A stretch of DNA of 64,000 nucleotides from Styela clava (Eukaryota), in assembly GCF_964204865.1 (NCBI RefSeq), contig NC_135259.1:9486001-9550000 (forward strand). Reading direction: 5' to 3'. The position numbers were made by a program, and so were the translations under genes. Shown in pieces: positions 38,930 to 50,303 of the stretch (position 1 is the stretch's first letter; each line of letters starts with the position of its first letter). The notes under the pieces are model-generated. The model was not told where the DNA came from, did not search any database, and saw nothing but the letters and a program-made list of their open reading frames with translations.

Positions 38930-41342
38930 GAAAAGTTTGCTTAGCTCATTTGTTTCTTCCCATCCGTTTGACGGTGTTGGTTTCAAATGTGTAAAATGTT
39001 CCTGTGGCTCCAGAATAGTTTTTATCAAGTTGATTGCTTTTGAGCGGTGTGTCAATATTTTATCAATCATCATTTTATACTCAATGATTATGGTCTGGGA
39101 AAACCCACATAACAAAAATTCAAGTTGTAAGATAATCCCTGATGATTGATGTTTCTCTAAATTTCTTATATCGCTGTCTGAAATCTCTTACTATAACCAG
39201 CAAATAAATGCTCGAATATCAAATATAAATTCAGCGGTTTCATGCACGAGATTAAAGGAAATAACCCAAGTAACTTATTATTATGTCTCTAACAATGTAA
39301 GTTTTGATTATTAAAGATGTTATCTACTCGAAATATGTGCATGGAGAAATTTGGGGTGTTGTGGTCAGGGTTATTGTTGCGTTTCTCATAATTCAAGAGA
39401 ATGTTATTCATCGATAACTTTTTATTTGAATTCAGTTTTACCGCGAGGAATTATATTCGGAAAGTTTATAAATGGATAAAATTGACCTAAAAATATATAA
39501 CATTTAATATGAAACACGTTTTAAATTGGCTAAAATAGTATTTTTGTTTAAATATGCCCAATCAACAGGCTAAATGGAGATTAATTGTTAAAGGGTTTTA
39601 TATAGAGTGATAGAAAAAAATTGAACAATTCGAAATTATATTTGTAAATTGTGAGGTTTATGCTTTTAGAAGGAAAAGTAGATATAATATCATTAGTAAC
39701 ATACAAAAACTGACGAGGCCCTGCGAAATTAAGGTACCGCCTAATGTAATAGGAAAACAAGCTTTGAAAGCAGTCATCAGTATCACCGAAAACTTTAAAA
39801 TCTCAAAGTTGTGTCAGTGTTTCATAATTTCTATTTTTATCACATGCCGTCGTTTTGTACGAATAATTGTTTAACACTTTGACCAGGGATTTGTAGACAT
39901 TTGATCTGCAAAATTAGATAAATCTGAAAATTGCAGGAAAATTAATACCCATGTAATCGGCACTGGTTATAAACCTTGGTTCAACTGGCATACTTTTTGG
40001 ACGCAAGGTCAAGGACATGGAAATATCTCATAAAAAATTGATAAATCAAACCTACGTTTTCAAGAAAACACTGCTTCCATTGCATTGATGAATATATTAG
40101 GCATAAATTCCAAAGTATACATAAGAACATGATGGAGTTAAAACAGTTACAAAAAGATAAAGTCATATAGTAATAAAACAAGCTAGTCACTACACATTGA
40201 AGTATAGCAAATACAGTATTTTTAGTATTTGCACTAATAATCTTGTTAACATATTTGCATTACAAAAAGCTTCTCAGACTTCTTAAGTATTCCTTCTGGC
40301 TAGAGAGGAGGTCAAAAGTATTGGCATATCTTTTTGTAAGTAACAGACCCGCCCGCTCATTTCGATTGTCAACTCACAATTAAACAGATAAATTGGTGAT
40401 AAAATTTTTCGTCTCAAACTCTCTTTAGACAAACGCTTTTAAAAGCCCAGTTTTATGTTTTCCACTAATCTGTTTCTCATAGTATGTTGAAAAAAAACTT
40501 ATGTAAGTAATTGTCAATTTGTAATTTTTTTTTTGTAAAAATCCTTGTTCGTTAGATATTATCTTGCTATATCCCAATTTTGCAATATATAGGTTTAAGT
40601 CCAAGACTTTCGTGCTGTATTTTGAACAAGAAGTAATATATGATCAATATAATTTATATAATACAGATAATTATTCAAATATGTGAGATCGATTTTTAAA
40701 AAGTTTAGAAAGTTAGAAATGGGGTGGAAGTTGTATTGTAAATCTAAAAACTTTTTAATTCATGAAACTAATATAAAAATTTCAATTTCCTGGCAATACA
40801 AATGCTTAGAGTAATGAAGTCAAACAAAAGTAATCAAAAATTGTCTCACAATCATAATGACATTCTAAGATGTTATCTCAAATATTGATGCATATTTACA
40901 GAAACCTCAAATCCGAGCTTTATAAGCTGTTGGTCGTAGGTGAACATTAAAAAAAAGTTCAATTCATGTTGAAATCATGCAATAGTGCAATGTAGAGTGT
41001 TAGCCGTGAAAGCAACAAGAAAAACAACGAGTAATGCAAAACAGATATAAATAAAATCGGCAATGCACAAGATATAGGTTGACTACAATTGCCAGACAAA
41101 GAAATGTAATAACAGAGAGCATATGCTCTCGAGACGGAAGTGTACTGATATTATGCAGATACTGGTGTACTTTTTACAAAAGTGATGTACTGCATTGGGA
41201 ACATATTACTCTATTTATTGTATTATCTATGTTTTATCCATTATTTATATTTTTCGCTCTTTTCGTCGGTATAAATGACTGATTCGTAGTATATAATCAT
41301 GATGATTCTCTGTGATCTAAATGGTATGTTAAAACATAGCAA

Positions 41343-44300
41343 TCACATTGTTTTTTCATTTTGTCCAGAGTCTTTACTTTCAATATTTGTCTGTTCGTTT
41401 TCAAGTTTTGTTTGCTCCTGTTCGGTTTGTTTAGTGTTTGGATGATTAACACTTTGCTTTGTCTTTGTTTCCTCTTTTTTATTTTTAGCTTTGGTTCCTG
41501 GGTCTCCGTTTCTAGCTTGCTTCATTTCTGTCGACTGCGGATTTTCACTCTCAGCTCCTCGGTGTTTCTTTGACTTTCTGTTTGGTGTGAAGCAGAATTG
41601 CAACAAAAATATTTAGTTATGAATAGTAAATTTGAAATCATATATATAATGATTTAATGAATTGTAAGAGTCTTTTAGGATTCGTTCGTTTTATTCTTAA
41701 ATATGTCAAAATGTTAATATGTCGTAGAGTCGACTTATTTATATAAACGTCAACAATCTATAGTTTGATTTTACTTCGTTCAATAAAAATGTTCAAAGCT
41801 TTGAAAATGAAAATGTTTACTTTCTTGTTGTCGGCGTTTGTTCATCATCATCTTTATGATACTTATGTGGTGTTGGTTGTCGTGAAGTCATCTTTCTTGC
41901 TCCTGGAGCTCCTTCGTTCCAGTCTACGTCTTCATCGCTATATTCCTCATCCACATATGGTGGAGATTCAGGCAAATAACCTAAGCAAATGTTCAAAATA
42001 GTAGATTACTGTCAGGAAATGAACAAAACGAAATCCTGAAAAGTACCTTCCACATCTTTCGAAGGCCAAACTATATCAAAGTGACTGGATACTACCATAC
42101 TCATTTGCAACAAAAAAGACATACCTGGTAAGAATATCTTGGCCCATTTTACTAAATCAATTCTCATTACCTAAACCAAGTGTAAAATACTGGAGAACAT
42201 GAAATTGATAATAGATTTTGATTCCATATTAGTTTTGAACAGAAATAACAATAACCAATGTAAAATATTGGCTTTTGTTGGAGCGTAGGGCTTGAAACTA
42301 TGGCATATTGTTTTCTTTTTTATGGTTGAAATTTCTTGTTGTGTTTTGTACAAACTATTTTTAAACTCTCTTACAGGGGATTGATTTATGACAGGGGTCA
42401 CCAACGCGTTGCCCGCGAGCACCAAGTCGCTCGCGAAGATCATATGAGTCGCCCGCCGGTCTGTTCCAAACTAAGCCTAATAACGGCTTTTAAAGGTAAG
42501 CTAGATCAACTAAATTTTGTCCTGCTATTTTAGTATAAATCACACTTATATGGGAACTAGAAATGACACTATATTAATATTTGTAACCATCAACCTTATT
42601 TTTGTTTGACCTCAGTAATGTGACGGGTCAATTTACGCTCTTCCAATTATGACATCACACCGATATCACTTTCCACGAACCCGCACTTTTTCTTGTCCGT
42701 TGGTTTCTGGAGCAGCAATAATACAATTATTGATTCCAAAGAAAAATGGCAGAAAAGCGATGAAAAACTCATCATTTTCACAATGAAATCATTTTTACCA
42801 CCATGAAAAAAGCCTGCGTGTGTCTCATTAGTGGAGCGATCGTAGCGACGGCAAAGCGGAGAGATATTTCACATCTTGTTACGCAATCTATCCACTGGTC
42901 AGCGCAGTACGGGCAGAAAAAGCTCGCGATTCAAATCATACAGCAATCCTATTTTACGAGACCATCGTTTGGTTCAACCTATCTTTGTGAATTAACATTT
43001 TTAACATAAACTCAGGATAGGATAGGGTTTACATATTTATCCCGGGGAGAAGATAGCCGATAAGACGACTCAACCATATGACGACCACGGCCTCTTGCCC
43101 AGTAACCAGTCCATGTCGGGTATGAGATTAGTTAGTTATTTGTTTGCGGATGCATGGACTTGATGGCGAATGAAGCCGTAATCGGCCAGCGGTTACGTGA
43201 ACCACCCTACGGCGTTGAGGAGTCTAACAATCCTTTAGTACATAACTATCCCCGCATGGAATTCTAACCTGCGAACCTAACGCTTAACACGATGGGCCAC
43301 AGCGCCGCGACTCACTCCCCCAGGAACAAACACGGAACACGCCTCACTGATGAAAATCTGCAAGACTTGCTCAGAGTTACAGTGTCAAGTTTCACGTCGG
43401 AGAACGATACTCTGCAACATTTGGTTGTATAACTGTTAAGTACATTTTATCTTAAACTTGCGCAGAGTGTTGAAAATCAATTTGAAAACACGTTGTGATA
43501 ATCGTTTGATTCCCTGAAGAATCCCAAAGTTTATTAGTGTCTCTACTTCACTAAATACCAGTAATTATACCAATAATTGAAGCTTAATCGGGCAACGGAC
43601 TTTTTCAGAAGTGTACATTGAACTGGTAGCCCGCAGCGTAATCTGTACTCAAAAAGTAGCCCTCGGCCTCGAAAAGGTTGGTGACCCTTGATTTATGACA
43701 TGCAAAATTGTTGCAGTCTCATCGCTTCAAATATTATTATCATGTTTACTTTTTTTTCTGGGGAGTTCGAAAATACAGACATAGGGGTGGTACGGCTACC
43801 ACCACCGTAGGTATAACTGTAACATGTTGGGGACCAGTTCATTTGAATCCATCTGCATGACGCAATTTTTTCAAATTAAAAAAAAAAATGGGGTTAGCTT
43901 CCCAGTCAAAGATTTCTTGGGACATTTGAATAATTTTATTTTGAATGAGAACTTTCTGTGAGATTCTCATGTCACCCTTGAATTTGAATGCGCCCGATAC
44001 CAGTAGAAGAGAGGGGTCATTATCAACAAAAGTTTGGACTGTCCAATAATGCTTTCCTGGCTGATATGCAAACAGCAGATTGCTGCTGAAAAAAACGCAT
44101 TGGCATTTCATCTTACTGAATGTTGTGTGATATACATTGCTCTCCACAACTGTCAAAACCGTAGCATGTTCGTTGCAACGAATGTTTATTTAGCCTTTTT
44201 TATCTTGATGAAAATCTTACTGAGTCACGCGACGATAAACATGTGTTAACATGATTCTTCTCTAGTATCATACTTAACTAGATCCATTTTATGATAAAAA

Positions 44301-47300
44301 TTAGACCGATTTAAATGTCTATCTAGAGATCTGAGTCATAAATCTCCCGATTATTAAAAATACCTAAACATTTCGTACCACTTTGCACTTGGTGCCCCAG
44401 TATTTTCTGGTATCTTTCGTTTTTGCCATTTTATGAAAAAATCATATACAAAAACTTTTATCTCGGTGTAATCTTTGTGTTGATTATATTTTATTTACCG
44501 CAACAAATTTAGGCAATGCGGTGTGTATTTATGCGATAAAATAAACGTTTGACGATACCTAAATTTGAATAAAATGGGATTTGTGAATTTTACATACAAC
44601 TCTATATTGCACACCTATATTTATTATTTTTATACTATTATTTTTAAAATATTATTTAATATTCTCGATTACAACAACTGGTCAAAAAGAGTACGGGCCA
44701 CTGTAACGCTTTTCGGATCATCAACCTGGTTAAATAATATTGTATTTTCAACACACACGTCCCACGTCGGAAGGCGATTCCCACAATTTTTTTTTATAAG
44801 TTTGTATATCACTAAATTCAAACCTCTTTTTTTCTAGATGTGGCTACTAGTGTTGTCAAGCTTATTTTTTGGGTTTAGTGGGCAACTGTTGACTCTGGCG
44901 ACAAATCGCTAAGCTGAAACAACTTAAACGAGTGTGATGGGAAAGGGGCATGAATGAAAAGCAAACGCATGTGTGTATATATGTGATAAAATGCTATGCA
45001 TTCAATTAATTAGTCTGTCGTATTGATCTAAATTAGACCTTTGTGCACAAAATTTCAATAAGACAATGTAACCACGTCTATTACTGACTTTATGGTTGAC
45101 TGGTAATTTGTTTTTGTTTTGGCATGACATGTCCGAAAAATTTATATATCCGACGTCTTCAGCTATTCTCACAATGTTACAGGGTATCTCAACGCATATC
45201 AATTTCGTTACAATATCGTTTTTAAAAATATCGATCATTCTAACTGCGAAAAGGGAATATTTTCATGTTTACCTCCTTCACCGCCTCCTGTAAGATCTTG
45301 TTCACAATCAGATTTCGTGTGTCGTCGATGATGACGACGACGTCTTCTATGATGTTCTGGAAAATTAGATTTTTAAGAATGGCTAGATATTTAAAGTGGA
45401 ATATTCTGGACATATTTCAATTTTTATGTTATCTGACTAAGATACTTTGGTATTTAAAATATGACCAAAGATAGATTCATATTAAACAAAAGGAAAGAGA
45501 AGAATTACGAGAACCATCTTCTGGATGTCTAAACTAAAACTAAAATTATTTAAATTGATGAATTGATTGCCGGATACTAAGTGTCCTATATTATATTTCT
45601 ACTATTTGCACCGCGCGAAATGCATTTAATGCGGGTGCTTGTGATGTATATAATAATTAAATATGTAAAAAAAATTAAGACCACCTACTTTCACTGTGTT
45701 GAGTGACCAATCATGGGTAAAATAAAATATGTAATGAGAGAAAGAATTTTATCCAATTAAAATAACCTTTTATTTCAAAACATATCTTTTTGGCTTCTAC
45801 TCTGTTTTCAAATATGACAGTCCAATTTGCGAAATTTATTTTTTTGTGCCAATCGAATTCACGATGAATCCCATTACACATGTTTAGTCTATTGATTTTA
45901 CTAGGACAGGAACAAATTTAATCCATGCTTAAGAATCAGTATATGAAAAAAAATTTCAGCTAATGGTTTCCACCAAGACTTTCATATCCATAATGAAATG
46001 ATAAAACTGTTGAAATTTTCCTGCCTACCGTATGGAGATGCGGCTTCGTGAGATTCAAAATATCCTGATTCGTGGATTGTTACATTTGGATCGCCTAAGC
46101 CAAGACCGGGGCTTGCAGGAAAATAAGGCCTAAAAGTAATATCGACGTTATCAAATAACGTAACAAGTTATATTTGACGAAGTTTTTATCTCGCCTATTG
46201 TTGTATCGTGGCCACGAAAACATCAATACAAGAAAGTGAAAGCGAAATTAACAGAGCTTTTTATTGAAAAAACTTTAGATAAAAATACACGATTTGGCGC
46301 ATTGCTTCATCATTTTCTACTTAGTATTTTTGGAGCGTTCTATCTAACAATATTGGGCGTCGTAAGTCCCACGCCCTCCATCTCCGCCGGTATGGGACAA
46401 TTAGGCAATGCTGAATAAAAGAAATTCGGGTCATCCGAAAGTAATACCTCGTTACGAGTTAGTTGCTGCTTGTATGAAGCCTAATTGAAATGAAGTTTTC
46501 AGAAACGCATCATAAAATATACTTTATTTTTAATCCAGTGCGTATAAAACTGGAAAATATACCAACATTTTCATCCTCGTTAGCTCCGCATAGTTATATG
46601 AAAATATGTATCATTTCTTTGTGTATTTTCTGTTATCGATGTTCTGATATTTAATTTGTATGCAGCTTAACTGTATTAGGTTTTTCTACTTATCATTCAC
46701 TCACTTATACATGGTATAAAATAACTCGGCAGCTTGTCTAGCTGGTAGCGCCATCACCGTCACGTGACCTGGCTCTTCATCACCCGGGGTTACTCTTGCC
46801 GATCGATGAAGATTATTTTTCCGTTCTCCCTGTATGATATATATAGGAAAGATTTTGTATCCACAACCTACATACCTACTAACGATAACCAACAAGCCAG
46901 TTCAAGGATGAGTCGCATTTAAACACAAAAACACAAATAGCCATAAGGTTTTAGAGCGGTGTTTCCCGCCTTTTCAGCCCACGACCCATTGTTAATGTCA
47001 CATACTTTATGGAGCCTATTAGGAAATATTCATGCAGAATAGTCGTAAAAGCACTTATACGCAAAAAGCAAAAATTAGGAATGTTGCTCGTTGAAATATT
47101 TCCGTCGTGAAAACCAATTTTGATTTAAAACTTTGATTTCTGTGAAACCCAATTTTGCTAGCAACGGACATTACAGTCGCGTTGATAGTTATTACAATAG
47201 CGTCGATATACTGTAGTATATTAGAAGATATTTTACTCTGTCTGTTCGTTTTTTGTAGCTATCCGACATTTGTGTTACGTGATTTTCAGCATATTGCCAC

Positions 47301-49165
47301 GTTCAAAAACCTGCACTTTTTTAAACACATTTTTCAGAATTTTGTTAGTATGATATAAATTCAGCCGGATAAATACATCGTTGACAGCATTATTCTTTTA
47401 TTATTTTTTTTAATTTTACTTCCAAATCATAAAAGCTATAAATTAAATTTGTCACAACCAACCAATCAACATAGGCTTGTGTTATTAATAAACACAAAAT
47501 TAAATATTTCAAAACCTTGGCTGTCATTTTGTCGAAGCATCCGATTGTTGTGAAGCAACTCACACATGTGATTACAGACGTTGCAACTTCAATGACGGAG
47601 AATCCGGCAAGAATACCAGCCACAATCAACTGAAAAGTAAATAATGAATAATAAATGAGTAATAAATGAATTTCATTTTGAATTTTCTGAGAGCTTTATA
47701 AATATAAATGAGTGGACATTCTATTAAGTCAATCGGATCTAGCTTAGCAATACCAATATTTGACATTTATTTTATTCCAATAAAATCGATCAATTCTTGT
47801 ATATCAACTCTTGAAAATGATGTTACCATATATTTTCTTCAACGAGGCCGATGTTTTTGTCAAAGTAACATGTTCTAAAAGAGTATTACTTTAATACAAA
47901 AGAGCGATGCTCGCATATAGGGACACGAAGTCCAAAACAAATCAAATAACCTCCGACTTTCGCGTAGCATAAGTTCGTAAAATCAAAACGGAAGACAGCC
48001 CTCACGCTATCATAAAACGTGTTACGATGAATAAATTAATAAAAAGTAATTAAATCCAGTAATTTAGGATAAAAGTGATATTTTCATAATAACAAGAGAA
48101 ACAAAAGAAATACTTGCAACAAGATGAACAACTACAACGTAATAACAAAATGACCAAACAATTGGAACAAACCATCTCACCCGTTTCGGAGTAGACTCGA
48201 TTGACGCCTCGATCGCGACCGCTAGTGACGAGAATGCGAACAGTGCCAGAGAACAGACAAGGCATAAAATCGAGATTGCAAAAAGCCATGAGATTGATGA
48301 ATATGTCTTCACTTTTGAAACTCTTATTTGAAAGATAGCAGCCAGCAAGTACTGTAATATGTAAGGATAATTTATACTGTAATGAGACTTTTATTGTATG
48401 AAAAACACGAATAATGTGAGGCAAGCATATAGCTCATTCAGTGCAAATTTATGCTACAACGAGGGGACTAACTGAAAATCTCAACTATGAAGGGCGCTCC
48501 GTTAGTATTCGTACCAAGATGACGCACAAACCTGATCAATCCTAACCTTGTACATACTATGTTCAGGTTGTGCGCCATCTTGGTACGAATAGTTCCGGAG
48601 CACCCTATGAAGTAATGAAAAATAGGAATGCACAATTGGCTTGCACCACCTTATTGAACAATGACATAGAACGTTTTTGCATTTCTACTTCGAGTGTTGA
48701 CAATGATTTGAATTGACTCAATTGAGTTACAAGTGCGAGACAATTTGAGTTTGACTTTTTTTAAATGAAAATTGGCAATACGTCCATGTAATACACTTGT
48801 GTTGTGTTGCTCTTTGTTGGACAAAAAACATTTTCTTTGAACATTCCTGTATTCTTAAATTTCTTTACACTTGCTCCGGACAAATTCCGTTAAATATTAA
48901 TTTAGCATATTCCACACCAAAATTTGTTTTAACTAAATTTGTATTAACTTACCGGGAGTGACCCCCAAAGTCCAATGCCCACAACTCCAAATACGGAATT
49001 ATCCCCTCCTTCAGTTGCTTGTGCTCTCAGCCATATTGAAACAGCTCCAAGTATGACAGAAGATGCCCAGCAACTCATATGACATACTGCAATCCAGGCT
49101 GCTGATCGTATTGCAGACTCATCTAGTAGTTGGTGGTCGTATTTTCTTCGTCGATTCTGAGGCAT
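41343..49165 (-). CDS. MS4A/CD20-like four-transmembrane protein with long charged C-terminal tail (about 400 aa)
   Basis: Exons 49165-48953, 48351-48181, 47629-47516, 46829-46705, 46129-46029, 45356-45273, 41980-41821, 41577-41343 sum to 1203 nt with compatible phases. Four hydrophobic segments. TM2 GIGLWGSLPYLLAAIFQI resembles the MS4A G-x-x-x-W-G motif, and TM4 LAGFSVIEVATSVITCVSC has the embedded Glu. The tail exons are less certain than the TM exons. Confidence 0.75.
42392..43690 (+). mobile_element. Internally deleted hAT (Buster/Charlie/SPIN-type) DNA transposon in an intron of the MS4A-like gene
   Basis: TIRs CAGGGGTCACCAAC / GTTGGTGACCCTTG. Perfect 8-bp TSD ATTTATGA (42384-42391, 43691-43698) with central TA. 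Transposase remnants: N-terminal MAEKR*KTHHFHNE..KKACVCLISGAIVATAKR, and C-terminal dimerisation motif FGSTYLCELTF...RNKHGTRLTDENLQDLLRVTVS. Confidence 0.92.
43016..43320 (-). mobile_element. tRNA-derived SINE nested in the hAT element
   Basis: Splits the transposase motif between CELTFLT and RNKHGTRLTDE. The minus-strand 5' end has A-box-like TGGCCCATCGTG and B-box-like GGTTAGAATTCC. The 3' end is a short (CTATC)n tail. Possible short CAGGA duplication at the junctions. Confidence 0.7.
48493..48604. mobile_element. Fold-back MITE of the same family (112 bp) in intron 1 of the MS4A-like gene
   Basis: GGCGCTCC..TATTCGTACCAAGATGACGCACAA / TTGTGCGCCATCTTGGTACGAATA..GGAGCACC. Perfect TSD CTATGAAG at 48485-48492 and 48605-48612. 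Confidence 0.88.
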
Positions 49166-50249
49166 TATTTTTGTAAATATTCTTATAATTTAAGCAATAC
49201 TTCACTCTGGTAATCTTGTTGTCATCTTCGTTTGTGTAAAAAGCCCGGGAATAAATTACCAAGCTATGCCACGTATAAAATGTCCATCCGAACGAAACCT
49301 ATGTAGTCTTTACTCAGTTTACCTTGTCGCTGCCAACTATTAAAAAGACTTCCGGCGCTCTTGAACTATCGCCGCATGGCCTACCCCTTGGCGTTTAAAA
49401 AACACACTCTTTTCATTGGAGACTTCGAACGATTTACGATATTGTGAACGAAGAATAGGAGGGGCAGTTGTATTGTTGCTACATGCTATAACACGAGAAA
49501 ACAATACGACTTCTCTTGTACGCACATATCAAGTTTCTTGAAACAAAGGCCCTTTTTGGTAAGATTTCAAAAAGCGTATTATGCGTAAGCACAAATTAGC
49601 AATCAAACTCGTATGTCATATGCTTATCGTGTTTGTTTGGCCAGCATAGGATAGAAATGGTAGAGTTTGATTTGATCGTTGAAGAAAATTGAAGTCCGCT
49701 GAATAATAATTATTTACTTTCCTAAGCTTTTGTTCTAGCGAATCTCTGTTTCAAGTAACGTCGCGAGTCCCTGTCTAAAATTGGTTTGATTTCTTATTGA
49801 TTAACAACAATTTGTGATTAACTAGTGATTGGAAGAAGTGATGTAGTAACCACAAATAGAACTCGCACTTGCAAATCTTAGCGCGGTTTATCTCAAAACG
49901 TCATTACCATGCTTTGCATCACACCCTCCAACATAACATCATTTACCTTTCCCTATATGGAATAATCACAAAAATACACGAGGACGGAAACGTAGTAATT
50001 TTAATCTGTTTAAAAAAAGTTTCATGTTTTCGAATGTTAACATTATAATTCAAAAGCAAAATTCATGGGACATTTAAGTTTTGAAAACACTTTCAAAAAT
50101 AAATGAATTGGATCACACTAAAATACATATCACTTGTCGAATCAATAAAATTTTTGTTGAACATACATACAAATAGCTGATTAGGTTATGAGCTTAGGTG
50201 GTACAATAAAAATACATTGGGGTACATAAAGCAGGATATTATAGACGAG

Positions 50250-50255
50250 TTTATT
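50250..50255 (-). promoter_or_regulatory. Candidate polyadenylation signal of the MGN annexin
   Basis: AATAAA on the minus strand about 50 nt after the stop codon. Confidence 0.35.
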
Positions 50256-50303
50256 GGCATTTCAAATGATGTAATTACTAGATATTTCAATGCTGGATTC
50301 ATT

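Noticed and set aside
38591-39149. Overlapping ORFs containing HILRSGVR.LGSHTSGVP on both strands
   Set aside because: Artefact of translating the MITE inverted repeats.
43839-44156. 105-aa minus-strand ORF in the MS4A-like intron
   Set aside because: No motif and no convincing phase-compatible splice sites.
46448-46480. 33-nt AG/GT-bounded exon candidate in the MS4A-like gene
   Set aside because: The flanking junction is phase 2, and in that phase the segment contains a stop codon.
46950-47160. hAT-like terminus (TAGAGCGGTGTTTCCC..CCTTTT)
   Set aside because: No matching second TIR or TSD found.
49166-50303. Annexin and MS4A-like genes as a tunicate-style operon
   Set aside because: Same strand and close, but a candidate poly(A) signal leaves about 1 kb before the next acceptor. 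Not supportable without transcripts.
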